Positions 16,531 to 25,900 of a DNA stretch of 64,000 nt are shown piece by piece. Position 1 is the stretch's first letter; the number at the start of each line of letters is the position of its first letter. The notes beneath the pieces are model-generated. The model was given only the letters and a program-made list of their open reading frames with translations. It did not search any database and was not told the origin of the DNA. The position numbers were made by a program, and so were the translations under genes. The stretch covers positions 29,081-93,080 of IMG/VR virus record IMGVR_UViG_3300037634_002636; one strand, 5' to 3'. The stretch is from a virus. Its lineage: Duplodnaviria > Caudoviricetes.

Positions 16531-16656
16531 AAGAAATATATGAAATGATCCTGCAAGAAAAATTAAAAGAAAACTCGAATAAAAAATTTATTCAATGGTT
16601 ACAGAAACTTACTAAAAATAAGTTAAAACGAATATTAATTAATCAATATAAAAAAT

Positions 16657-19404
16657 ATGAGTATTAAAACAATTGATAAACCTATGCAGGGCAGCGCCGG
16701 CATAGCTAAAAAGATCAACAAGGGCGCTGAGAAGATGGTATTTGACATTCTTCAATCCACACAATATTCTATGCCGGTTCAGTCTACAATTAGAGAGTTA
16801 GTTACAAATGCATGTGACTCTCAACGTGAGAAAGAAATAGCTATAGAAATATTGATAGGTACAAAGAAAGTTGAAGACTATTATATTGAGAGGCATGGTC
16901 CTCAATATGAAGATAGTAACTTTGATATAAGTTATTATAATAGAGATCATTTAGATACTGCATCTGAAATAGAGTTAGTTTATACTAAAAATGAAGGTGT
17001 AGGTTATTGTGATACTTTTGCGGTTACTGACTATGGTGTAGGTATTGGAGCAAGGCGTTTAGAAGGTATATTGGAACTGGGTTATTCTACGAAAAGAAAT
17101 ACCAGTGAAAATTTTGGTGCCTTTGGTCTTGGTGCAAAAGCTGCGCTATCAACAGGTGTAGACTTTTATACTATAGAAACTATATACAATGGTATGAGGT
17201 TTAAATGTAATTGTTATAATTACAAAACAGACTTTATTATACCTGCGTTTAACCCGGTAACTGGTACTACAAATCCATTTGTTACATTTAGTGATGGATC
17301 TAAAGTTTATTATGTTCCTACTGAAGCTACTAATCAAACTACTGTATCATTTGGTGTTAAGAAACACAATCGTAATAAGTTTGAAGAAGCTATTGAAGAG
17401 CAGTTAATGTACTTTGATAATGTTAACTTTAAAATTCTAGATACAGACGAAGATGCTTGGGAGAAAGAGAAGGTTGTTAATTTTAAAGCTGGAATAATTT
17501 ATAATTCTAAGAATCTTATAGTTTCTGATTCATATTATTATAATAAACCACATATTGTACTTGTTAAAGATGAAAATGCTACAACAGGTATTAACTATGG
17601 TTATATTGATTTTCGTGAGTTAGAAATGGAACAAATGTATGGTTCTATTGCTTTCAAATGTCCTGCTCGTCAGGTTGTTACTAATGAAGACGGTACAGAA
17701 ACTATATTACAAGAGGGTGTAGATGTTACTCCATCTCGTGAGAAAGTTATATGGAATGAAGCTACTAAAAAATACATTAAAGGTGTAATTATGGCTGCAG
17801 CTAAAGAAGCTAGTGATATTATAGAAGAAGAATTACAAGAAACTGATTTCCTTAAATGGGTTGATGCTTGTAGGTCAATTATCACTGGGAACAGTAGCGA
17901 GAATAGAATTCTTAATAAGCTTGCACGTATTATAGATACTGATACATTAAAACCTAAATTTAGTCCTGATCCTAGAATTAAATACGGGCCAGCCAATAAA
18001 CTATTTGAAGGATTACAAATAATGAGGCCTTATCAACATAATAATGAGCATAAAAGAGAGACAGTTAAAGATTGGTCTGGATTTGACGCTAAGCATTTTT
18101 ATAACAGAGAAGATAAATGGTCTAAATATAAAGATATGTATTTAATGGATAAAGGTCAAGAAGACTCTTATCATAAAAATCATGTTACTACTTATAGTAT
18201 CCAGGATCTAGATGAAAAGTATGATTCTCAAATAGGTAAAGCTACAGGTGATGCTAAAACTAAGTTATCTAAAGAAAAGATTAGAGTTACAGCTAAACGT
18301 ACCGCTATACTTAAGCTTATTGAAGCATCGGAGTGGTATAAAAGCTATGATGATGTTGAAATTCCTGAAGAATGGTTAGCTAATTGTAAAGAAGAAGAAG
18401 CAGAAATAGAAGAGAAATCTAAATTTTCTAATCTTACTGCTGCAGAACGTAGAGAGATAGAAAAAAGAATGGTAGCTTATACAGTTAGATGGGATAAACG
18501 TAAAGATGATAATTTTATTATGGAAAAGATTGAGCCTAAAGCTAAAGATCTTATGAATAGTAAAAATCGTATTTATTATTGTACTAGAGAGGATGAAGGT
18601 AAGATGAAAGCAGCTGCTTTAATGCTTAAGAACATAGCACCTAAATTTAATCAAGTTTATACTGATGCTGCCAATTATGCTAATGGGAATGATTTTGAAT
18701 CTCAAGAGTATCCTATATATTGGTATGAACATGCCCCTGTTAGATATGCTAATTGGCAGGATACATATCCTGAATGGGCCGTACCTAAGCAAGGATGGGA
18801 TACACCTCAGCTTATACGTGTTAGTCAAAATAAAGTTAAGTTTATTAAACAAAACCCTAATGTCAAACACATAGATGAAATCTTTTTACAAACTAACGAT
18901 AACAATGAATATATTATGGATGAATCATTAGTAAAATACTACACAGCTCATAAACTAAAAAAGATAAACCAATTTAAATTTATGCAAGGTTTAGGCTGTA
19001 TACATGATCAATTACAAAAAGATTACTGTGAACTTAAAGATTTAAGAGACAATAATTATTCTGAATATGAGTATAGAAATGTAAGTACAATAGTACCAGC
19101 TATAACTGATCACATGGATAAACTATATGAGTTTCAAAAGTTTTGTAATGAATGTGATGACGCAGAAATGATTAAAGATAAATCGAGAGAGTTATTTGTT
19201 TTATCTGATATTAGTGCTGCTAGAGCTGTAGACTTAGATATATTAGCAAAGTATGATAATATATGTGAATTTGCAGAAGAAATTAAACCGCTATTAGATG
19301 AATTTGACCTTCTTGAACAAAGAGAATGTAACATGTCTCCTGAACTTGAGAAAGAATTAAGAGTGTATTTAAGAGCAAAATCAAGAGAAACCTGGGACGA
19401 GTAA
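16657..19404 (+). CDS. rIIA: rIIA-like protein (N-terminal GHKL ATPase)
   Basis: IRELVTNACDS, DYGVGI, STKR, GAFGLGAK, VTPSRE; adjacent to an rIIB-like gene. Confidence 0.85.
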   Translation: MSIKTIDKPMQGSAGIAKKINKGAEKMVFDILQSTQYSMPVQSTIRELVTNACDSQREKEIAIEILIGTKKVEDYYIERHGPQYEDSNFDISYYNRDHLDTASEIELVYTKNEGVGYCDTFAVTDYGVGIGARRLEGILELGYSTKRNTSENFGAFGLGAKAALSTGVDFYTIETIYNGMRFKCNCYNYKTDFIIPAFNPVTGTTNPFVTFSDGSKVYYVPTEATNQTTVSFGVKKHNRNKFEEAIEEQLMYFDNVNFKILDTDEDAWEKEKVVNFKAGIIYNSKNLIVSDSYYYNKPHIVLVKDENATTGINYGYIDFRELEMEQMYGSIAFKCPARQVVTNEDGTETILQEGVDVTPSREKVIWNEATKKYIKGVIMAAAKEASDIIEEELQETDFLKWVDACRSIITGNSSENRILNKLARIIDTDTLKPKFSPDPRIKYGPANKLFEGLQIMRPYQHNNEHKRETVKDWSGFDAKHFYNREDKWSKYKDMYLMDKGQEDSYHKNHVTTYSIQDLDEKYDSQIGKATGDAKTKLSKEKIRVTAKRTAILKLIEASEWYKSYDDVEIPEEWLANCKEEEAEIEEKSKFSNLTAAERREIEKRMVAYTVRWDKRKDDNFIMEKIEPKAKDLMNSKNRIYYCTREDEGKMKAAALMLKNIAPKFNQVYTDAANYANGNDFESQEYPIYWYEHAPVRYANWQDTYPEWAVPKQGWDTPQLIRVSQNKVKFIKQNPNVKHIDEIFLQTNDNNEYIMDESLVKYYTAHKLKKINQFKFMQGLGCIHDQLQKDYCELKDLRDNNYSEYEYRNVSTIVPAITDHMDKLYEFQKFCNECDDAEMIKDKSRELFVLSDISAARAVDLDILAKYDNICEFAEEIKPLLDEFDLLEQRECNMSPELEKELRVYLRAKSRETWDE

Positions 19405-19443
19405 TAAAGCTAGTTCCTTTAACCAATTTAAATAAAGTAAATT

Positions 19444-20610
19444 ATGATTACAATTAATGTCATAGAAGACAAAATATGTGGATCGTATGGGGATAACCCA
19501 TTTACGGTAGAATATAGCAAAGAGCTATATGATGAAATGCAAAAACTAGCTGCAGAAAGTGCTAGTGTTAAAACAATAGATGACTACAAAACTATTATAA
19601 GTGAATTTGCAGACTTATGTATTGTAGATTATACTAAAACCATTGAAACACAATGTGAATACATTTATGTTAACAAGGGAACGGGAGAATTCTTTCTTAA
19701 GCACGAAGGTGTGGTGTCTACGATACCTATGCCTCAAGCGCTAGTAGATAGAATATTTGAATCCTTAGATAAAGATCTAGACTTTATGCCTTTAGTTAAA
19801 ATGTGGACTAGATGGTTACGTAACCCAATCTTGTGGAGAAAGATGAAGCAAGGTCACGGGAACGATTTCTGTGAGAGATTCTTTAACTTTGTGAATATGC
19901 AATATGTTCACCCAAAACATAAAGAAGATCTTATAGAGCAAGGTCTTACTGATGAAGCAGCTTCTAAAAGAGCGACAATGTACCAAATGAAAATCACCCA
20001 TGAGGGATTACTTAATGGTTATAAGGTCTCTAGTGAAGTGCTTCATAAGTATGACGCAGAAACCGGTGAACAAGTTGATCGTTATAAAAGAACGTTCAAT
20101 ATTGATACTGGTGAGATAGATGGTGAAGGATTACCTGAATTTGTAGAAGATAGATTATTTGAACCTTCTATGATGGGCTCAAGGGGTGACGCTTTCTTCT
20201 GTGAAGGGCCTAATGGCTTTGCTAATCCAGGCCATTTTATCAAAGTTGGGTGTACTCATAGACTAGAAGATTGGAGCCAAGTTAATGTTAATGATACTAT
20301 ATCATGCGTTAAAGGTCTTCATATTGGCGGTCTTAAGTATATTAATTGCTATAGTGGAGAAATCCACAATATCTTTGTAGACCCTATGCACATCGGAGCA
20401 GTACCAGATGATACTGATGGAGCTATAAGATGTAAGCAATATTTTGTTCATTCATCTCTTGTTGGGGTGAATGGATCTATTTATCATAGTTCTAGCTATG
20501 CAGCAATGACTGATGCAGAATGGGACGATATGAGAGCTAAAGCTGTTCAAGAAAGAGCAGAGAAAAAGGTTCAACAAGACAGAGAGATTGCAGAGATAAA
20601 TGCTTTGTAG
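19444..20610 (+). CDS. rIIB: rIIB-like protein
   Basis: MWTRWLRNP, ITHEGLLNGYK, SCVKGLHIG, VDPMHIGAVP, IRCKQY. Confidence 0.8.
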   Translation: MITINVIEDKICGSYGDNPFTVEYSKELYDEMQKLAAESASVKTIDDYKTIISEFADLCIVDYTKTIETQCEYIYVNKGTGEFFLKHEGVVSTIPMPQALVDRIFESLDKDLDFMPLVKMWTRWLRNPILWRKMKQGHGNDFCERFFNFVNMQYVHPKHKEDLIEQGLTDEAASKRATMYQMKITHEGLLNGYKVSSEVLHKYDAETGEQVDRYKRTFNIDTGEIDGEGLPEFVEDRLFEPSMMGSRGDAFFCEGPNGFANPGHFIKVGCTHRLEDWSQVNVNDTISCVKGLHIGGLKYINCYSGEIHNIFVDPMHIGAVPDDTDGAIRCKQYFVHSSLVGVNGSIYHSSSYAAMTDAEWDDMRAKAVQERAEKKVQQDREIAEINAL

Positions 20611-20726
20611 TTAGTTATGATAAGATATAATTGGGGAGAGAGAACTAGATAGTATATGAAATATTGCGTTAGTAATATACATACGGTTATGCAATCTCTC
20701 CCCTTTATATCACAAAATAAATTAAT

Positions 20727-21497
20727 ATGATAAGAAAAATAGCATTAATAGACGGTGATAGTCTATTATATTATGAGATGGGAAAACCTACTTTAGAAGA
20801 AGCTATGGAAAATTTAGATACTAGAATTAAACATATACTAAATTTTGCTGGAACTAATGAATATTTAGGTTTTCTTACTTTAAGTCGATGTTTTAGATAT
20901 GAAAGAGCTAAAACGCGTCCTTATAAGTATAATCGTAAAGGAGGTACATCAAAACCACCTATATTTTATGCTTTAAAAGAATATATTCAACAAAAATGGG
21001 GGTTTTTAGGTATAAAAGGTTTGGAAGCAGATGATTTAGTAGCGATATTTCAAGAAGAACTTATATCTACTCCTTTAACCCAAACAATTATATGTAGTCC
21101 TGATAAAGATGTTCTTAAACAATTAATAGGAACACATTTTAATTATGGAAAAATGGAATATATTGAAACAACTGAAGAAGAAGCGAATAAATTTTTATTG
21201 ATGCAAGTACTAATGGGTGATTCCACAGACGGTATTCCTGGTATCCCAAAAGTTGGACCTAAAACTGCAGAAAAATGGGTGAATGATAACCCATCTTTTG
21301 AAATGATTCTAGAAAAATATCAAGAAAAATTTGGTATTAGAGAAGGAATTCATAAATTTGCAGAGACTTTTGACTTAGTTTATCTTATACGAACTTCAAA
21401 GGAGGCATTAGATTTAAGTATAGAAATACCTAAATTAAAGATTCTTAAATTTAATATTGAAGAAGAAATAACAGACGATGACAGTGAATGGAACTAA
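20727..21497 (+). CDS. 5'-3' exonuclease / flap endonuclease (RNase H-like role)
   Basis: IDGDS, YKYNR, LEADD, SPDKD, GDSTDGIPGIPKVGPKTA (H3TH motif). Confidence 0.92.
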   Translation: MIRKIALIDGDSLLYYEMGKPTLEEAMENLDTRIKHILNFAGTNEYLGFLTLSRCFRYERAKTRPYKYNRKGGTSKPPIFYALKEYIQQKWGFLGIKGLEADDLVAIFQEELISTPLTQTIICSPDKDVLKQLIGTHFNYGKMEYIETTEEEANKFLLMQVLMGDSTDGIPGIPKVGPKTAEKWVNDNPSFEMILEKYQEKFGIREGIHKFAETFDLVYLIRTSKEALDLSIEIPKLKILKFNIEEEITDDDSEWN

Positions 21498-22221
21498 CAT
21501 ATCATTTCAACCACTTAGTGCTACATCAGTAAGAGTGCAAGGAAATACTGAAGATATAATCCCTTCTTATTTTAAAGACGAATTATTATCTTTAGAGTTT
21601 CCAACAGGTAAAAAGATTTCAATAGGAGAAACTATAAAAATTAAAAAAATACCATATAAGATCAATATTATAGATAGTATAATTATTGATGATGAGTTAT
21701 TTTATGATTTAAAAGTAGCTTCTCCTACAAAATCTTCGTTATTTATACTTCCTATGTTAGGAGGCAATCGTACATTATTATTTTATGATAGTTTATTAGT
21801 TAATACCTTTATAGAAACCAATGAAGATGAAGATTGTATTGCTTTATTATATAGAAAATCTACTAAGAAAGTATTTAAAGAATTTTGTGAATTATTATTA
21901 GAAACAAAATCTTTTAAGAGAACTTATGAGCCTACTAAATATCATGTGATATTTATATTTAATATACCTTATAAACAGAAATTTAATTATAAAATATTTA
22001 AGAAAGGACAATATTCTAAATTTAAAGATGAGTATAAATTAAAAATATTAGATTTTCATAGATGGGATATAGATGGTCCTATGGGACAAATCTTATTCAA
22101 ATCAAGCGAAAGAAAAAAGCAATTAGAAGAAAGACTAGATGCTATATTACCAGAAGGTTCTGAATTATATAGTATAATGAATAAAAAAGAAGAAACGTTT
22201 AACGAAAATTATTATTTTTAA
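21478..22221 (+). CDS. Hypothetical protein
   Basis: 247-aa ORF overlapping the exonuclease stop. Confidence 0.7.
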   Translation: MTVNGTNISFQPLSATSVRVQGNTEDIIPSYFKDELLSLEFPTGKKISIGETIKIKKIPYKINIIDSIIIDDELFYDLKVASPTKSSLFILPMLGGNRTLLFYDSLLVNTFIETNEDEDCIALLYRKSTKKVFKEFCELLLETKSFKRTYEPTKYHVIFIFNIPYKQKFNYKIFKKGQYSKFKDEYKLKILDFHRWDIDGPMGQILFKSSERKKQLEERLDAILPEGSELYSIMNKKEETFNENYYF

Positions 22222-22222
22222 A

Positions 22223-22636
22223 ATGACAAAAAAGAAAAAAGAAGTAAAATGTTCTGTACCTAAAGGTGCAGAATTTAACACAAGTTATACTATACCTAAT
22301 GAAAATATGGATACTACAATACATAGTAAATATTATTGGGAGTATGAAAGAAACGGACGAGTTGATATTAGTAATATTTTTTCTGATCAAGTAGATAATA
22401 TAGTTATAGAGATAACAAATCTATTAAAAGAAAAAAACAAAGCATATGGAAATACAGCGCTTAATCCTCCTAAAATATTTAGTAAACTAAATTCTACAGA
22501 GGCTTTATGTGCTAGAATAGATGATAAAATTTCAAGAATTAAAAATAAAGGAATTAATGATGAAACAGAAGATACAGTAAGTGATTTAATAGGATATTTA
22601 ATATTATTAAAAATATCAATGAATGAAAAAGAATAA
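22223..22636 (+). CDS. DUF1599 / nucleotide-modification-associated domain 1 protein
   Basis: LLKEKNKAYGN...RIDDKISRI...EDTVSDLIGYLIL. Confidence 0.8.
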   Translation: MTKKKKEVKCSVPKGAEFNTSYTIPNENMDTTIHSKYYWEYERNGRVDISNIFSDQVDNIVIEITNLLKEKNKAYGNTALNPPKIFSKLNSTEALCARIDDKISRIKNKGINDETEDTVSDLIGYLILLKISMNEKE

Positions 22637-22958
22637 ATTATACAAACCATTACCTGACTATTTATCAATAGGGCCCTCTTCTATACATGGGGCAGGTATT
22701 ATTGCTAAGGAAGATATTCCTTCTGATATTGAGATAGGAATAAGTCACGTATATGATCCTAATTTTCAACATGAATACATACGCACACCTCTTGGTGGGT
22801 TTATAAATCATTCAGAAAAACCTAATTGTGAATTAATAGATGATGATGAGAACACTGATTATAAAAAGATTAAAACTATTAAAAAGATAGAACAAGGTAA
22901 AGAATTAACATTAAAATATAGTTTATATGATATATGTGATTATTTAGATTGTAAATAA
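22623..22958 (+). CDS. Minimal SET-domain protein (putative lysine methyltransferase)
   Basis: SSIHGAGIIAKEDI, GGFINHSEKPNC, IEQGKELTLKY. Confidence 0.88.
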   Translation: MKKNKLYKPLPDYLSIGPSSIHGAGIIAKEDIPSDIEIGISHVYDPNFQHEYIRTPLGGFINHSEKPNCELIDDDENTDYKKIKTIKKIEQGKELTLKYSLYDICDYLDCK

Positions 22959-22988
22959 AAAGAAAAGGGGCTTTTGCCCCTTTTTTTT
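22957..22988. terminator. Bidirectional intrinsic terminator at the convergence of the two arms
   Basis: AAAAGGGGC-tttt-GCCCCTTTT flanked by an A-run and a T-run, between convergent stop codons. Confidence 0.9.
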
Positions 22989-25900
22989 ACCTTTCTATCA
23001 AACCGTATCGTTCTAATTCATATCCCATAGATAAAAATGGTATATCTTTTCTCATTGCATCTGGAGAAGTTGCTTCTATTAAACTATTTAAATGTGTAAT
23101 TACAGCAAATGGATTTTTAAGAGTTCTAGCAAGTTCAAAAGGGTCTAACCCTTGAAGTGCATCCTTTCTTAAATAAACCAATCTTTGGAATATTGCATCC
23201 TCATCATCTCCATCCATACCAGATAACGCAAATCCCATAAGGAAATATACTAAAAATTTAGAATGTATCCCTATAATATCATGTTTATCTCTTTCATTTA
23301 AATTACCCCATTTATAATTAGTGTATTGTCCGCCGAATAAACTACCAATTGTAGTTTTTAATAACAACTTAGCTCTACCTTCATGTTCCCAAGTTTTCCA
23401 ATCCATAACATCCATATCAACCATCTCACCATCAATTTCTACTTCTTGTTTAATTCTATTGCCATTTTCATCTGTAAATTCCTGAAATGCACCTAAATGT
23501 ACATCATCTTTTCTAGACTCCCATTCTTGAATTAATAATGCAGGTAAATATTTTTTAAATTGCACTGCCCACACACCTACTGAAGTACTCTCTAATAACA
23601 TTCTTTCATGTGATCTATAAGCACCATGTACATCAGTAGATGTTTTTAACATTCTAATTATTTCATCTTCTGTTAACTCATCAATTATAGTTTTTTTACC
23701 ACTAGGTTCAATCCTTACTCCCCTTATATTTCTTTTTCCATTTTTAACTTTCATAAAAGTACCATCGTCATTATAATTGTCCCAAATAGAAGACTTATCT
23801 GGCATCTTTATTCTTCTCATTTGTGCAGCTAAAAATAATGCATGCCCCCATTCTTCATGGATAGCATGAAAAAAGAATAATTTATCATAACTAAGCCCCT
23901 TATTCTTTAAAAACATCATATCTGAATTATCTACAGCATAATCATAGTTATCTGGTAAATATTTAAAACGTCTTAATAAATTATGTAGTTTATTTTCAGA
24001 TGGTTTATCTGTAAATGAATTTTTAATCTGATCTGCAAAATATCCTGCAACTATTTTAGAGCCCCATATAAGATCACTTGTTGTTAAATCAATAGCACTA
24101 GGATGATAACCGGCACGCTTAGCAATACTTCCTTGAAGACCTTTCATAACAGTAAACATAGTAATAAGTAATCCGTTTACTGTACCAGCAATAACTTTAA
24201 AGAATAAAGCTTTACCCGTAGTTAAATGTTTCATTGCCATCATTATTTTAAATAAACTAATATTAAAACTTCGTCTATTAGTTAAAGTAGCTGGTTTAGT
24301 TTTATCAAAAAATGGATTTACTATAGAGAATTGTTTAGAAGACCAATGATCTCTTCTACCCGCTGCTCTTTCTTCCATAACAGAACTAATTATAAAATTC
24401 TCCATAAAGTTTTCATAATTCTTCCACCCTTTATCATCATCCCCTTTAACCCTTTTCATTGTATTGTAAAAACTTTTTAAACCATCTCCTAAAGCTACTA
24501 CAAAATCCATTTCTTGTTTACGTATAAGATTACCAACAAAACTATAATGCATGTTTTCTAAGTTAAAAGAATGGAGCTCATCTGCTATAATACCTGAAGA
24601 CCCTATATATCTAACAGGAATATGGGCATTTATAGAATCTGTTTGTCCATAGTAATTTTCTTCAAGAAATAATGAAAAAGTCTTTGCGGCAAAATTATTA
24701 AGCACTCTTCCGGTACCTTTCCATCTTCTTGTAATAAAATTTTCATCATCATACCTTTCATAAGCTTCTCCCGTTTCCATAGGAAGCCTAGGCATAAAGT
24801 TTTTGTGTAATTTACCGTCTACAACCGCATTATCTACATCATGCATCCCAATATGTTTAGAATAAGGAACTCCACTTTCCATTTTTTTCTCCATAAGAGC
24901 ATTCCACTCTGTATTCCATGTAGTATGTAAATGTTCTAACAACTCATATTGAGCTTTAGTTATTTCTTCATTAGCTCTTTTCTTTTGGGCGTCTTCTAAG
25001 CTTATCATATATACCCCTGGAGTCTGTACACCATCCATTCTTTGTTCAAAAGCAAAACTAAAAGCATCCTTATACGAATACTTAGATAATTGACCAAAAG
25101 ATAAAGCACCTATGGCTTTAGCTCCAAGATTATCAGCCATATATTCAGATTTAACGGCTGCAAATAACTTTTGTGCCTTTTGTTTCTCATCTTCTATTCT
25201 CTTTTGATATTTATTAGTAGCTTTGAAGAATATTTTTGCAAATGCTTGTATTCTAGGACTTGCTATATTATATATTGAACTAGCCCAAGTTTTAAAATTA
25301 CCAAAATCTTTTTCAGAATTTAAAGATTCTTTGGAAATTTTAGTTAATTCTAGATATTCATTAGTTAATACTTGAAGTAATTCTTCGTCTTCATATATAT
25401 CAGAAGACATTCCTGGAGTCTTAATTTTATTTCTTAACACTTCTATATCTTTTTCTAACCCTTGCAGTTGCTCTTCCATAGGTAAATGATCATATTTAGA
25501 TAAAGCAGCGCTATTTCTAATCTTGGTTGTAGTATAATTATCACCATTTAATAAATCTGCAGCCATCAATCTCTGATATACTTCAGGTTTTTCAGCTTGT
25601 AAATAATTACCAACAATAGTAAGATAATCTTTTAAATGTACTTCATAAGGAGCTTTAAATGGATTATTTCTTTCTAAATGCTGAACAATAACTTGTCTAA
25701 ATTTTGCATCTGGCATATGCTCTTTAACCATTATAGCCCTTAAAGCTAATTCTAACATAGCTTTACTTAATTTACTATTAGAAACATTATCTAAGGTACC
25801 ATTAGAATATCTCATCATTTCTGTAGTAGTTTTATCATTTAAAAAATACCCACCAGATTTCCAATCTACCATACTTAAAGTACCATCATCATGTTGAATC

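Noticed and set aside
4497-22668. Short antisense or alternate-frame ORFs within the early arm (e.g. 6695-6952, 7459-7695, 17670-17996, 22387-22668)
   Set aside because: Nested in or almost wholly overlapping well-supported genes, with no motifs
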